NCBI GenBank assembly: GCA_964016885.1
Contig: OZ024745.1
Location: 33,728,001 to 33,792,000 of the forward strand
Source of the DNA: Eledone cirrhosa
Lineage: Eukaryota
Direction of reading: 5' to 3'
DNA length: 64,000 nt
The translations under genes were made by a program, and so were the position numbers. This document shows positions 1 to 12,211 of the stretch, piece by piece; within the stretch, counting starts at the first letter, position 1, and each line of letters starts with the position of its first letter. The notes below the pieces were generated by a model, which searched no databases, was not told the DNA's origin, and was given only the letters and a program-made list of their open reading frames with translations.

Positions 1-736
1 AGTTTAAAATTCCTAGGTTTATAATCAGAACTGAGGTAAAAAAAATGAGATAAAAAACTTCAAAATAAAAAATTGAAATACATAAGTATATATGCACTTT
101 CATGAAAAAAGAAAATAGAAGGTTATCCCAGATTCGATACTATAGACATCCATGTGAATTTACGTGATCAACTCTGCAAATTCCTATTTCACATGAAAAC
201 ATTCTCATTGTGCTATAAAAATTCTAGTATACATATATGTGTACATACACACAAATATATATAGAATCTACATTAATTTTAACAATACTATTCTTGTCTT
301 TACTCTACATGATTATCGTTCAAGCATAAATAGACAACAGATATCAATATATCAATAAAAATATAAAAAAATAAAAAAATATTAAAAATAAAACACAGTA
401 TGCCCCGCAAATCAACCACAGAAATCAACCCTTCAAAATTAATTGACAATATATTGCCAAGTTCATTATAAGCATCAGAATCAAAAGCAAACAAAACCCA
501 AATTATTTACCAAATCCTGTCTAGCAGAAATCATTCCAAAAGTTTAGGATACCCATTTGATCTACAGATGGTCTTATATTTATTATAGAAGTTTATCTAG
601 TGTAAAATTTATTCGATATATTTGGAGCATCAGCTTTTAGGGTAGTTTAATTATTCACGAAGAATGTTTAAAAAAAAAGAAATCGAAAGATTTATCGGCG
701 AGTTTCATAAATAATTACAAATCATAAGTAAATATA

Positions 737-2311
737 CTACATTTTAAATTTATATTTATATTTAAAAGTTGAGTTCAATCTATGTCTGCAGCAACTGAAT
801 AAATTTGTCCGTAAATTAAGGGAATTTTTAGATTTTAGTATAAAGAATATCTCCTCCGCGCAGAGGTCACATGTCTCAGAAGATGAATTAAAAGGAATCC
901 CTCTTGAGACTATATTCCAAGCCGTCGAATATCCAACGTTATCATGCTTAAGTTGCCAGAGTAAGCCTGATAGTGATGTTGAAGATTTTTTGCTTGGATC
1001 TGTGAAAGAATTCTTGTGGTTATTATAGCGAAGTTTAAATTCTGTCGAGGTGGAACCAACATAGTTAAAAGAATTTAAGTCCGTTTTAACATTACAGTTG
1101 TATATTATATTTTTAACTAAGCAATTGTTATTTAACGGACATTTAGATCTATCTCTACAGTTACATTTGTTTACTTGGATATTATTTATGCTATTATCGG
1201 TATTTTGGCTAGGTTTTAAATTCCTATTATTTATTCTATTAATATTTTGTGCTAAATTTTTGGTGGATGAGTAAGTTAATTTTATAGTATGTCTATTGAA
1301 AATTGAGTGATACTTATGTGTTCTAGGGAAGCGATTATCAAGAGCATTAAAAAATTGTTTAGCGATGTGGGTTTTAATGTTTAGTGAGAAAGGGGGGGCA
1401 AACCATATTATATTCCTAGTTCTATTTCTTTTTTGGCTTTTGGAATTATTGTAATGCTTTCTATTATAGTTGTTAAAGTTGTTGCCGTAATTAAAATTGT
1501 TGTTATTTTGGTTAGTTTGTCTATTATTATCTATGTACATAATTTTATCACTATATCCTGCTCTAGCTAACGCTTCATTGTAATACTGGGCTTTTTCGTC
1601 GAAAATCTTTTTATTAGATGAGATTCTAGAGATACGTTTTTGAACAGAGTTCACTATAGTATTTTTAACAGATCTGGGGTGGTTAGAGTTAAAACTGACA
1701 TAGTTTAAGTTTTCATTCAACTTGTGAAATGGATAGTGAAGACATGTGTTGAGATTTAATGTTACATCTAGGAAATTGACTATTCTATGGTTATTCTCAA
1801 TTTCTATTTTTAGATTAAAGTAATTAAAAAATTGTGTAATTTGTTTTCTTTTTCTATTTAGTTCAGAGTTATTATTTTCAATAAGTAAAAGCATGTCATC
1901 TCTATATAATCCTCCGGTAGCACCGGGTATTTTCCTATGCAGCGAATTGATTATAAATAGGCCCACAAGGTCAGTTACCTGAGCTGAGTCGGATGATCCC
2001 ATAGTAATGTCGAAATTGTTATCTCTATCTGCTCTGGTCCATAGTTGGTTATTAAATTCTATCAATGTTTTCCTAGCCGATAATATAATGTGCATTTCAT
2101 TGCTAGTTAGGTTTGTATGTTTGAATGCGTAATTTAGTGCCTTATTTAGTAGATTAGGGGTGATAGATGAATAATAGTTAGCAATATCTAGTTGAATAAA
2201 TTTATTATTATTGTTATATTTAATTTCTTTAAACCACCCAATAACCTCTCCAGTTCCCTTCCACAAGCTCAAGTTAGGTAAACAATTCAAGTTTTTAATT
2301 TGCTGTATCAC
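737..2311 (-). CDS. PLE reverse transcriptase + Cys-rich linker + C-terminal GIY-YIG endonuclease (N-terminally truncated)
   Basis: RT motifs QLDIANYYSSI, ITMGSSDS, GLYRDD, VNFLDVTL, SNHP. Linker CNCR..CPL...C. GIY-YIG-like IIYNC...YVGSTSTEFKLRYNNH and CDLC..E. The frame stays open upstream of the annotated GTG to the inversion junction (~2355). Confidence 0.92.
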   Translation of the reverse strand: MIQQIKNLNCLPNLSLWKGTGEVIGWFKEIKYNNNNKFIQLDIANYYSSITPNLLNKALNYAFKHTNLTSNEMHIILSARKTLIEFNNQLWTRADRDNNFDITMGSSDSAQVTDLVGLFIINSLHRKIPGATGGLYRDDMLLLIENNNSELNRKRKQITQFFNYFNLKIEIENNHRIVNFLDVTLNLNTCLHYPFHKLNENLNYVSFNSNHPRSVKNTIVNSVQKRISRISSNKKIFDEKAQYYNEALARAGYSDKIMYIDNNRQTNQNNNNFNYGNNFNNYNRKHYNNSKSQKRNRTRNIIWFAPPFSLNIKTHIAKQFFNALDNRFPRTHKYHSIFNRHTIKLTYSSTKNLAQNINRINNRNLKPSQNTDNSINNIQVNKCNCRDRSKCPLNNNCLVKNIIYNCNVKTDLNSFNYVGSTSTEFKLRYNNHKNSFTDPSKKSSTSLSGLLWQLKHDNVGYSTAWNIVSRGIPFNSSSETCDLCAEEIFFILKSKNSLNLRTNLFSCCRHRLNSTFKYKYKFKM

Positions 2312-3024
2312 CCTGTCTAGAATGTTTTTGCTAAGTTTACCCAGGTCAGATTTTGACTCATTTTTTTTATCTCAGTTCTGATTATAAACCTAGGAATTTT
2401 AAACTAGACATATGATCATTATTTTTCACACATTATTGATACGTGTCTCATTCATGAATACTGATATTTACATTATAATACCTAATTCATACGAATTGAT
2501 ATTTTTAGATTGATGAAACATAATGTTTTAAATCTGCTTCGTTTATCTCTGGGTATTTTTCTTTTCTCTCTATGTAACGGCTGTTTTCTCTCCTAACCAC
2601 ATATCTCTCTCTCTACCTTAATACTAGAACTAAATAAATAAATAAATAAATAAATATATCATTAATACGTCATTCAACTGGTGCCCAACTACCTATTTTC
2701 TTTCTCTCTATCTCTATCTATATCTATCTCTCTCTATTTTTTCTCTCTCTCTTTCTTCTCTCTCTATCTATCTCCCTCTGTGTTTTTTTCTCTCTCTATC
2801 TATCTCTGTTTTTTCTTTACATGAATTTCTTCTCTCTATCTATCTCTCTATATCTATCTCTCTCTGTTTTTCGTTGCATGCATTTCTTCTTTTTCCTCGC
2901 TTTCTTTCTTTCTTTCTTTTTATAACTGTCCCTAACATTTTTCACTACCAAATCAACTTTTTAAATGGAAGTTGAAGTTGTAAGGTATGTCAAATCTATC
3001 TATTTATAAGACTGTTTATATTGT

Positions 3025-3088
3025 ATTTTGTCTGATGAAGGCATACCATATTTTTAATATGATATCCCTGAAATATATATAATGAAAT
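3025..3088 (+). ncRNA. Minimal type I hammerhead ribozyme in PLE terminal repeat
   Basis: ATTTTGT-CTGATGA-[aggcataccatatt/aatatgatatccct]-GAAA-TATATA-TA-ATGAAAT. Stem I pairs with two G-U wobbles; stem III is palindromic (ATATATAT). Confidence 0.82.
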
Positions 3089-3239
3089 AAATATGGTTTT
3101 ATAAATATAGTTTCCATTTATTTAATATCGTATATATATATATATATATATATTTATAGGAATGTATATATTTATATGTATGTATATGTATATTACATAT
3201 GTATGTATATGAATATATATATGTATGTATAAAAAGGAA

Positions 3240-3449
3240 CGATCGACTTTCGTCAAATCGGACCGAGTGAACAATGTTTTCGTTGGTCTTTCCTATTGCT
3301 AATACTATCTATCGGTCGCAACTCCAGGTAGGAGCAACCTGAAATAAAGTGTCTTGCTCAAGGACATAACGCATCGCCTGGTCCAGGAATCGAACTCACA
3401 ACCTTACGATTGCGAATCCAATTCTCTAACCACTCAGCCACACGCCTTC
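3240..3449 (-). mobile_element. tRNA-derived SINE family 2 with hairpin-rich tail
   Basis: Minus strand: A-box TGGCTGAGTGG, B-box GAGTTCGATTCC, then GTCCTTGAGCAAGACACTT. Homologous to 17332-17523 and 36132-36263. Confidence 0.75.
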
Positions 3450-3508
3450 AAATGTATGTATATGAATATATATATTTATGTAGATAAATATATATATGTA
3501 TGTATATG

Positions 3509-3541
<33 letters not shown>

Positions 3542-3544
3542 ATG

Positions 3545-3577
<33 letters not shown>

Positions 3578-3593
3578 GTATATATATGTATGT

Positions 3594-3624
<31 letters not shown>

Positions 3625-3674
3625 CATGTATATGTATATTTGTATGTATGTATATAGTTATATGTATGTATCTG

Positions 3675-3707
<33 letters not shown>

Positions 3708-3770
3708 GTATATGTATGTATGTATGTATATGTATATATGTATGTATATAGTTATATGTATGTATCTATG

Positions 3771-3806
<36 letters not shown>

Positions 3807-4007
3807 CATATGTATATGTATATATATGTATATATGTATATATATATATATGTATATATATGTATATATATATGTATATATATATATGTATATATATATA
3901 TGTATGTATATATATATGTATGTATGTATATGTATATATATATATGTATGTATATATATATATGTATATATATTTTATATGTATGTATATATATTTTATA
4001 TGTATGT

Positions 4008-4048
<41 letters not shown>

Positions 4049-4054
4049 TGTATG

Positions 4055-4094
<40 letters not shown>

Positions 4095-4276
4095 TATATA
4101 TGTATATATATGTGTGTATATATATGTATGTATATATGTATGTATATATATATGTATATATATATATGTATATATATATGTATATATATATATGTATATA
4201 TATATGTATATATATATGTATGTATATATGTATGTATATATATATGTATATATATATGTATGTATATATGTATATA

Positions 4277-4317
<41 letters not shown>

Positions 4318-4330
4318 ATATATATATATA
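3450..4330. repeat. Compound (TA)n/(TATG)n microsatellite
   Basis: Direct reading of the sequence; source of the spurious YI/CM-rich ORFs. Confidence 0.98.
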
Positions 4331-4386
4331 TTAGAATTGGAGCTCTGAAATAGCAATATATATATGGATGTATATATAATGTATTT

Positions 4387-4499
4387 TGCAATACACTTTA
4401 TGCTTAATTAAAAGCATTTTGTGAGTGAATTTGTCACTACTCTAAAACAATAGCATACGGTCTTCAAAATGCTTTTAATTAAGCATAAAGTGTATTGCA
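4387..4499. repeat. Fold-back with 35-bp perfect arms
   Basis: 4387-4421 is the reverse complement of 4465-4499. Confidence 0.9.
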
Positions 4500-4594
4500 T
4501 GACCACTTTGCAGTGTGGGCTGGGTGCTTTTTTGCCGTCGCACCTCCACGACCACTTTGCAGTGAAATGTTAGAGACCCCAGTCCCTATCATCT

Positions 4595-4735
4595 CATTTC
4601 TACAGCTGAGTAAACTGGAGCAACGTGAAATAAAGTGTCTTGCTCATGGAAACAACACATCACCCGGTCTGAGATTTGAACTCACAAACTTTCGATTGCA
4701 AGGCCAATGCTCTAACCACTAAGCCATGTGCCTCC
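4595..4735 (-). mobile_element. tRNA-derived SINE family 2
   Basis: Minus strand TGGCTTAGTGGTTAGAG...GAGTTCAAATCT...GAGCAAGACACTTTATTTCACGTTGCTCC. Confidence 0.7.
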
Positions 4736-4748
4736 ATATATATGTATG

Positions 4749-4781
<33 letters not shown>

Positions 4782-4846
4782 GTATATATATATATGTATG
4801 TATATATATATACATACACATACATATATATATATATACATATGTG

Positions 4847-4895
<49 letters not shown>

Positions 4896-5126
4896 ATATA
4901 TGTGTATGTATATATATATGTATGTATATATATATATGTATGTATGTATATATATATATGTATGTATAAATATATATATGTATGTATATATATATATATA
5001 TGTATGTATATATATATATGTATATATATATATATGTATGTATGTATATATATGTATGTATGTATGTATATATATATGTATGTATGTATATATATATATA
5101 TATGTATGTATATATATATATGTATG

Positions 5127-5161
<35 letters not shown>

Positions 5162-5195
5162 TTATATGTATGTATGTATGTATATATATATATAT
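4736..5195. repeat. Compound (TA)n/(TATG)n microsatellite
   Basis: Direct reading. Confidence 0.98.
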
Positions 5196-5752
5196 CATGG
5201 TCGGGTTGTTGGCGACTAAACTGGCAACCCCACCAAGGTTTCTTGGTGAGGAGGGTGACTTTGGACATCCTGCAGGACTAAAAACAAAACCTGTCAAAGG
5301 GCAAAGGAGCTCTTAAGAGTCAATGGCAATCCAAAATCACCGGGAGAGATGACCCTTAGCCTTTGTCAAGGCAGAATTCTAGGAGAAGGAAAACTTGGAT
5401 ATAACACCTGCAACTCTGATGGTATCCAATGATGTTGACTTGTTCTTCTTTTTGGTAAATATCATCTTGGTTAAGAGAGTGGGACTTGGCTTTGTGCAGT
5501 GCCTTTGCCCACTATAAAAGCTTCACGGCACAGGCATTGCTTTATATCTGGAGATCTCTCTGCACTTGTCGTTACATGGTACCATGGGCCAAGCACTATG
5601 TGTCAATAATTGTCACAAGTGTAGTGTTTGTACCAGAGTTTTCATTTAGCTGGCTGGATTATAAAGTCACACTCGTTCAGCGCATCAGTAGGGGTTCTCC
5701 TACATGGATATAAAGTAGTGGCCGTACTCGAAAACGAATTGGCAGCCACCAT
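5196..5752 (+). mobile_element. Non-autonomous RTE-derived element (5'UTR-like body + RTE 3' tail), copy 1
   Basis: Near-identical to 6821-7377 and 51288-51844. Middle resembles the RTE 5'UTR at 46615-46830; end resembles the RTE 3' end at 51160-51200. Confidence 0.85.
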
Positions 5753-5839
5753 GTATATATATATGTATGTATATATATATATATATGTATGTATATATAT
5801 ATGTATGTATATATATATGTATGTATATATATATGTATG

Positions 5840-5882
<43 letters not shown>

Positions 5883-6090
5883 ATATATATATATATGTAT
5901 GTATGTATATATGTATGTATATATATATATATACATACATATATGGTCCGGATAACCAAAGATGTGGATTCGACTCCCATGTACGTCAATATTCATCTTT
6001 TTCCATTTCTCCGAGGGTTCTTAACCCCACTATCAGGCTAAATAATTTCTTTAATTTCTTTAGTTCAAATACGGCGATAGCTTACATTTC

Positions 6091-6156
<66 letters not shown>

Positions 6157-6187
6157 CATACCTATGTGGAAGAATATATATATATAT

Positions 6188-6312
6188 AAGTTATCCGGGT
6201 TGAATCGGAGGTAACCACAGTCTGTAAGGTACTCAATACATAGCAGAGTATAAACATTTTAATATAGAAGAGCTTCTACAGGGCTAGAACTGTTTCATTC
6301 GTGTTTTTCATA
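6188..6312 (-). mobile_element. Short TA-embedded module carrying the 3' half of a hammerhead
   Basis: Reverse complement of 24045-24162; minus strand reads GAAACAG-TTCTAGCC-CTGTA. Confidence 0.6.
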
Positions 6313-6339
6313 TATATGTATATTTATATATATGAAAAT

Positions 6340-6530
6340 ATTCAGGACCTCGACGGCTGAGCTCCGGCCGTTTCGACAGCTAGGTTCAAACTGTTCGGAT
6401 CTAGTTGTCGAAACACCCGGAGCTCAGCCGTCGGGGTCCTGAATTTTACCATATTACCCACTCTACTACATCAAGTATCGAGTACTCTGATGGGTTATGG
6501 TCTACCTGGTATTTTACCACACCCTCTCTG
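6340..6530. mobile_element. Short TA-embedded fold-back module with hammerhead 3' half
   Basis: Palindrome ~6340-6443; minus strand GAAACGGC...GCCGTC. Homologous to 13509-13632 and 42500-42640. Confidence 0.65.
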
Positions 6531-6533
6531 ATA

Positions 6534-6772
<239 letters not shown>

Positions 6773-6820
6773 TATGTATATATGTATGTATGTATGTATA
6801 TATGTATATATGTATGTATA

Positions 6821-7377
6821 CATGGTCGGCTCGTTGGCGACTAAACTGGCAACCCCACCAAGGTTTCTTGGTGAGGAGGGTGACTTTGGACATCCTGCAG
6901 GATTAAAAACAAAACCTGTCAAAGGGCAAAGGAGCTCTTAAGAGTCAATGGCAATCCAAAATCACCGGGAGAGATGACCCTTAGCCTTTGTCAAGGCAGA
7001 ATTCTAGGAGAAGGAAAACTCTGATATAACACCTGCAATCCTGATGGTATCCAATGATGTGGACTTGTTCTTCTTTTTGGTAAATATCATCTTGGTTAAG
7101 AGAGTGGGACTGGTTTTGTGCAGTGCCTTTGCTCACTATAAAAGCTTCACGGCACAGACATTGCTTTGTATCTGGAGATCTCTCTACACTTGTCGTCACA
7201 TGGTACCATGGGCCCAGCACTATGTGTCAATAATTGTCTCAAGTGTAGTGTTTGTACCAGAGTTTTCAAGTCGCTGGCTGGACTAAAAAGTCACACTCGT
7301 TCAGCGCATCGGTAGGAGTTCTCCTACATGGATATAAAGTAGTGGCCGTACTCGAAAACGAGTTGTCAGCTACCATG
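6821..7377 (+). mobile_element. Non-autonomous RTE-derived element, copy 2
   Basis: Aligns end to end with 5196-5752. Confidence 0.85.
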
Positions 7378-7395
7378 TATATATGTATGTATGTA

Positions 7396-7442
<47 letters not shown>

Positions 7443-7582
7443 ATATATATACATATAGCACCACCAACTACAAAAACGAAGACGGTTGAACTGCTTTACG
7501 TTGAGTACTCTCCATATTATTACATTAAGATTGACCATACTGAATTGACCAGCTCTATCCAGTGGTGAACCTTCAAACCTGA

Positions 7583-7643
<61 letters not shown>

Positions 7644-8409
7644 GGCTTCATTATTTGCCGATGATGATAAACGGTAAATGATGATCTTTGTTGTATGAAA
7701 TGGTACTATATAGGCCTTGTGAGAAATCGGTGCCTGAGTAAGTATAATAATTATTCTATTTCTATGTTTTTTAACCTAATTAGATTATCTTCTGCAAAAT
7801 ATTAGTTATCATATTTCCTATGATATTGGCAGTATGTTAAGCACTGACTTTTGGTCGTAATTTTTTCATCGATATATAGAGCCACATAATCGTTATATAT
7901 TATATATTGATCTCCTTTGATATATATATATACACCTGGTATAGTTGTTTGTAACAGAAAGTTAAAACAAAACCCCATCAACCTTGTTATAGAGGTCAGT
8001 TACCTAGCGGATGTCAGCATTACAGAATAAACGAGGAATAGTATAATTATATTTGTACACGAACTATTGGAGTTTTTGGCAGTTTCAGTAAGCATCAAGA
8101 TGGCAAATTAGAAAAAAAAAAAAAAACGTCTTTTTCTTTAAAGTGAATGATTCAGCTAACATTCGTGTTACAAATACATTCGTTAAGCAGAATTGTAAAA
8201 AATATAAGACTTTATCAAATTTCAACAGGAAACTTGCCGCCATTGTTGTTATCCAAATTGCAGCGATGAAATTTTATTTCTATGTTCAAAACTACCATCT
8301 TCGTCACAAGAGAATTAAAAAAAAAAAAAAAAAAAAAAAGAATAGAAAAGATAACATACCTAAGTTGTAGGCATTTTTCGCTCTCTTTCTCACATATATT
8401 GTTACCCTG

Positions 8410-9040
8410 TAACGATGTCGTGATAGGTTTGAGGTCGAGCGCTGCATAAATGGAATAAAAATCAGTGCTGCGAAAACTGAGACAATTGCCCTCTCAAGAA
8501 AGCCTGCGCAGTGCACTCTACATGTGAATGGAATTCCACTGAAGCAGGTGGAGAAGTTCAAGTATCTTTGGGGCCATGTTCACGTGTGATAGAACGCAGG
8601 AGGCTTAATTAAGTACAATAATTGCATGAGCTGGTGCAGTTATGCGCCAGCTACAGCATTCGGTCATCAGAAGAAGGGGGGAAGGTGTAAAAGCCAAATT
8701 CGCTATCTTCAATTCGGTATTTGTGCCAACCCTTACCTATGGTCATGAATCTTGGGTAATGACCGAAAGGATACGATCGTGAATACAAGCGGCCGAAATG
8801 GGATTCCTCTGAAGGGTCTTTGGAGTAATGTCACTCCAAAACCTACCGACAGGAGACCCTGGGTAGACCTCGAGCAGGATGGTTGGATAATATCCATGAG
8901 CTCAGCTTGTCTCGCTTGGGGATCCAACCAGATAATTTGGAAACGCTTGCTTCTGATAGGACTCGCTGGAAGGAGTGTTTGAGGACTCTAATCCCACGGC
9001 CCTCTCAGGAATAATTGAGGGAAGAAGGAGAGAAGAAGCT
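8410..9040 (+). pseudogene. Decayed 3' fragment of an RTE-type LINE (RT C-terminus)
   Basis: Frameshifted translation NGIPLKQVEKFKYL...FVPTLTYGHESWVMTERIRS*IQAAEMGFL, ending in a GAA-rich tail. Same family at 55110-55455 (-). Confidence 0.75.
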
Positions 9041-9201
9041 TCCTCATATATTAATACGATTACATGTCAGAACCAGAAATTGTTCACACCTATAAAATTA
9101 AGGAATACTGGTGTAATATTCAAAACTAAACATTGATTCTGAGCAAACCCATCATATCTTATATTTATCTATGGAAAAGGGAACAAAAGTCATGCATTAT
9201 T

Positions 9202-9403
9202 TGGATTGGTAGTATCCGTAGAGGGTCAGACATCATGCTTTGCAGCATAGAGTTATGGCCCTTTATGTTCTGAGTTCAAATCCCGCCGAGGTTAACTTTG
9301 CCTTTCATCCTTACAAGGTCGATAAAATAAAGTACCAGTAATGCACTGGGACAGGGGGGGGGGGGTATTTGCTGGCCTTGTGCCAAAAGTAGAAACAATT
9401 ATT
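9202..9403 (+). mobile_element. tRNA-derived SINE family 1 (Nin-like central domain)
   Basis: GAGTTCAAATCCCGCCGAGGTTAACTTTGCCTTTCATCCTT..GGTCGATAAAATAAAGTACCAG; more than 15 copies in the window. Confidence 0.8.
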
Positions 9404-10148
9404 GTAGACGTCGGCTGCCTTGCTAATTCGAATGTTGGCTCTATAGCTGAACTAATGCGTAGCAACAAATTTACACAAACAACTGGAAACTTTACAGATT
9501 TCTCAAGAAAGAAGAAATCGAAATGATTCGCATCCTCTAAATCGAAACGAATTGCGGTAAAACAACCAAAAGATACATACATACATACGTAAGGACATAC
9601 AATACAATCATACGTAGATACATACATATATGTATACAGCACACATATATACACACGCATACATACATACACATACATAAATACATACATACATACACAT
9701 GTATAGATAATTTTATATACAGTACAGTTGATAAATCGCCGCAAAAAGACAGATAATATCGATGTTACTTGAAAGTTGATTTCTCAGCTAAAACTTCCCA
9801 GTGTCTATTTCGGTCGAAATTCCTGTTTAAATGTTGCCAAAACATCGTTTAATTTCTCGGAAAATCTCCAGCCAAACTATTCCCGCTTCGTCCGAGTTCA
9901 ATGAGAAAGATGGCTGCAAGAATGACTGGAAGAGTAGACGACAGCCGTCACGTGTCTGCTATTAGATATAAGTTAGAGATGCAGAACTATTGATATTTCC
10001 CTAACAGTCTTCCTGTCTGCAATTCTAGGCTTTGCAAATAGATATATTATCCTGCTTGCTCAATTTTCTGGGTTACACAATGTGAACTGAGATTTTTTCT
10101 GTTAATTTTCTTTAAACTTGTTAACCTCCATATTGGCGTCTTGAAAGA

Positions 10149-10208
<60 letters not shown>

Positions 10209-10235
10209 ATGTGTGTGTGTGTGTGTGTGTGTGTA

Positions 10236-10268
<33 letters not shown>

Positions 10269-10389
10269 CTGTGTGTGTGTGTGTGTATCTATGTTTTTGT
10301 ACATCGAAGATAACACTTGTTCAGGATCAATGTTTCATTTTGAATATTCCACTTATTTTTAAAGGTGTAGACACTTTCAGGTTCTGGTG

Positions 10390-10800
10390 TACCATACTAT
10401 CTTTCTTATGGATAGTATTGTAGGTAGTTTTAGCAACAATGCCATGTCTCGTAGGAAGGTAGTACTTTGTAGACATTTTTGTGTAGCTGCTGATAACATG
10501 GGTGATATATTCCACCCTGACATCGAAGATGCCTGGATGCATCCTTTTCTCTTCTATGTAGTTTCTGTCTCCTGTTACTGAAAAGCAGGCATATTCTTTT
10601 AAATGAAGTGAGATGTGTCTAATTTAGGTCTAGAAAAGGCAATTCTTTCTATTAATGCTGCTGATATCATCTGGCTTGCGGGTTATGTACGCATACATAA
10701 TATTCTGCTGATATAATGAATATTTCCCCCTTAAGGATTTTGTCTAAGTCGGTCAGCCCAACTACCCATGTCTCTCATAGAACAGTTCAAAGCATTATTA
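10390..10800 (-). pseudogene. R4/Dong-like non-LTR retrotransposon remnant (zinc knuckle/RH region)
   Basis: VEYITHVISSYTKMSTKYYLPTRHGIVAK resembles the E.I.H..S.C...Y..RHD.VAK motif that precedes the RLE domain. Confidence 0.6.
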
Positions 10801-10846
10801 TTTCCAAACAATATACGTAAGCCGAATTCTCGGATTTTTAAGTGCT

Positions 10847-10889
<43 letters not shown>

Positions 10890-10896
<7 letters not shown>

Positions 10897-11345
10897 AGTT
10901 TATGTTGGTTGTATACCAACACCTCAGTATGCAGGCTGGAGCACTCGACGAAGTGCGCAGGTTGGTTTGGTTACTCCGGAGTAGTGTAAAATAAAGTTAA
11001 ATAAAAGTCAATTTTTAAGCTAACTCCAACAATAACAACACTTAGAATGAGGAATGTTCTAATAACTGACCAATGAGAGGAGAAGGGGACCTTTGACACT
11101 AAAGTTCGTTTGTTTGAATTCATATGACTCCAGTTCCCCAGTGAATTAACAACCCAACAAGGAACTGGGCATATCAGAGTATTGACAATATTATACACCT
11201 AAACAACATATGTACTTGTCTATACCATACTAATTCAAACTGCCTGAAGAGGTCACAGCCAAAGATGGCTGTCACTGAAATATATATAGCAGTAATAAAC
11301 GAAGCTAAATTTTAATCATTTGACTTTTATTTAACTTTATTTTAT
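10890..11345 (+). mobile_element. Non-coding HHR mini-element between TA tracts with internal inverted copy of its 3' end
   Basis: AAAATAAAGTTAAATAAAAGTCAA (~10988-11011) is inverted at ~11320-11343; HHR at 11239-11293. Confidence 0.7.
11239..11293 (+). ncRNA. Minimal type I hammerhead ribozyme
   Basis: ACTGC-CTGAAGA-[ggtcacagcca/tggctgtcact]-GAAA-TATATA-TA-GCAGT; stem I is perfect (ACTGC/GCAGT). Confidence 0.88.
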
Positions 11346-11532
11346 ATATATATATATATATATTTAAGTATAAATGATGATGTGCTCAAGCGCATAGATG
11401 CTATAAAATAGCGTATAAAATAGGGTAAAGACTCTTAAAAGACGGAAAACATAGGACGTCCGTCCTTTACGGGACCCCACCATACTTTATAAGCATCTGT
11501 GCGCTTGAACACATCATCTGTTATTATTTTCA

Positions 11533-12211
11533 CTAGCAGAAAAACCACCTTTCGGGTGGTTTTCTGCTAGCACGGGTAATGTACATATTGATATTATACG
11601 CAAGTATATATGCATGCAGATATGATACATCAAATAAAATCGTAATTGACAATATACACAGAAATTGAACGAAGACTGCGTTACACTGTCTTATGTAATC
11701 AGTAACGTAATCCATGATACATTAAAAAAAGACGATATTAGATATAACTGCATTAGGAGAAAATTAGTGACGGAAATATATGAATGTTTATTTAAGCGAT
11801 CGCTAACCGGAAGTGTTGCCATTTAAAAATTTTAAAGAAGTGAATCTTAAAATAAGCAACAATATTATTTATATTTAATCAAGAATAACGAAATTTAGTA
11901 GATAAATTATGTAATATTCATTCATTATTTATTCAAAGTAATCCAGCTTATTTTACAAACGGGATAAAAATATATATTCTGGACGCAGTCCCGCACTCCT
12001 TACTTTATTATTACGGTGGATTGGCAGTATCGGTAGAGGGTCGGACGCCATGCTTTCCAGCATAGTTACGTCCCTTTACGATCTGAGTTCAAATCCCGCC
12101 GAGGTTGACTTTGCCTTTCATCCTTACGGGGTCGATAAAATAAAGTACCAGTAATGCACTGGGTAATTGCTGGCCTTGTGCCTAAAGTAGAAACATTTAT
12201 TATAGTTTAGA
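11533..12211 (-). mobile_element. Non-autonomous Helitron family A, interrupted by a SINE
   Basis: Minus strand A|TCTAAACTATAATAAA ... hairpin-CTAG|T; homologous to 18270-18946 and 59155-59589. Confidence 0.8.
12014..12197 (+). mobile_element. SINE family 1 nested in Helitron A
   Basis: Family consensus sequence; TTTATTAT on both sides. Confidence 0.82.

Larger units (their letters stand above)
1..3130 (-). mobile_element. Penelope-like retroelement (Neptune-like), 5'-truncated, with inverted copy of its 3' terminal region (pLTR) at ~2357-3130
   Basis: Positions 1-50 are the near-exact reverse complement of ~2357-2405. RT+GIY-YIG ORF lies between them, HHR at 3025-3088, and the element ends in a (TA)n tract. 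The true 3' end probably lies left of the window. Confidence 0.88.

Noticed and set aside
3243-3300. Possible type II hammerhead in the SINE family 2 tail (minus GAAAACATTGTTC...TTGACGA)
   Set aside because: The core has C3>U without compensation, stem II is out of register, and a simple hairpin explains it.
5486-5713. Recurrent short ORFs (MVSNDVDLFFF..., MYQSF..., MLGPWYHV...)
   Set aside because: They recur only because the non-autonomous element is repeated; no domain motif is present and frames differ between copies.
7650-7720. CCGATGA...GAAATGGTACTATA, and CTGATGA at 54326
   Set aside because: The cores are mutated and the stems are mostly wobble pairs; possibly decayed HHRs but unsupported.
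9202-9300. tRNA genes suggested by A/B boxes
   Set aside because: They are SINE heads: no complete cloverleaf, and they continue into SINE bodies.
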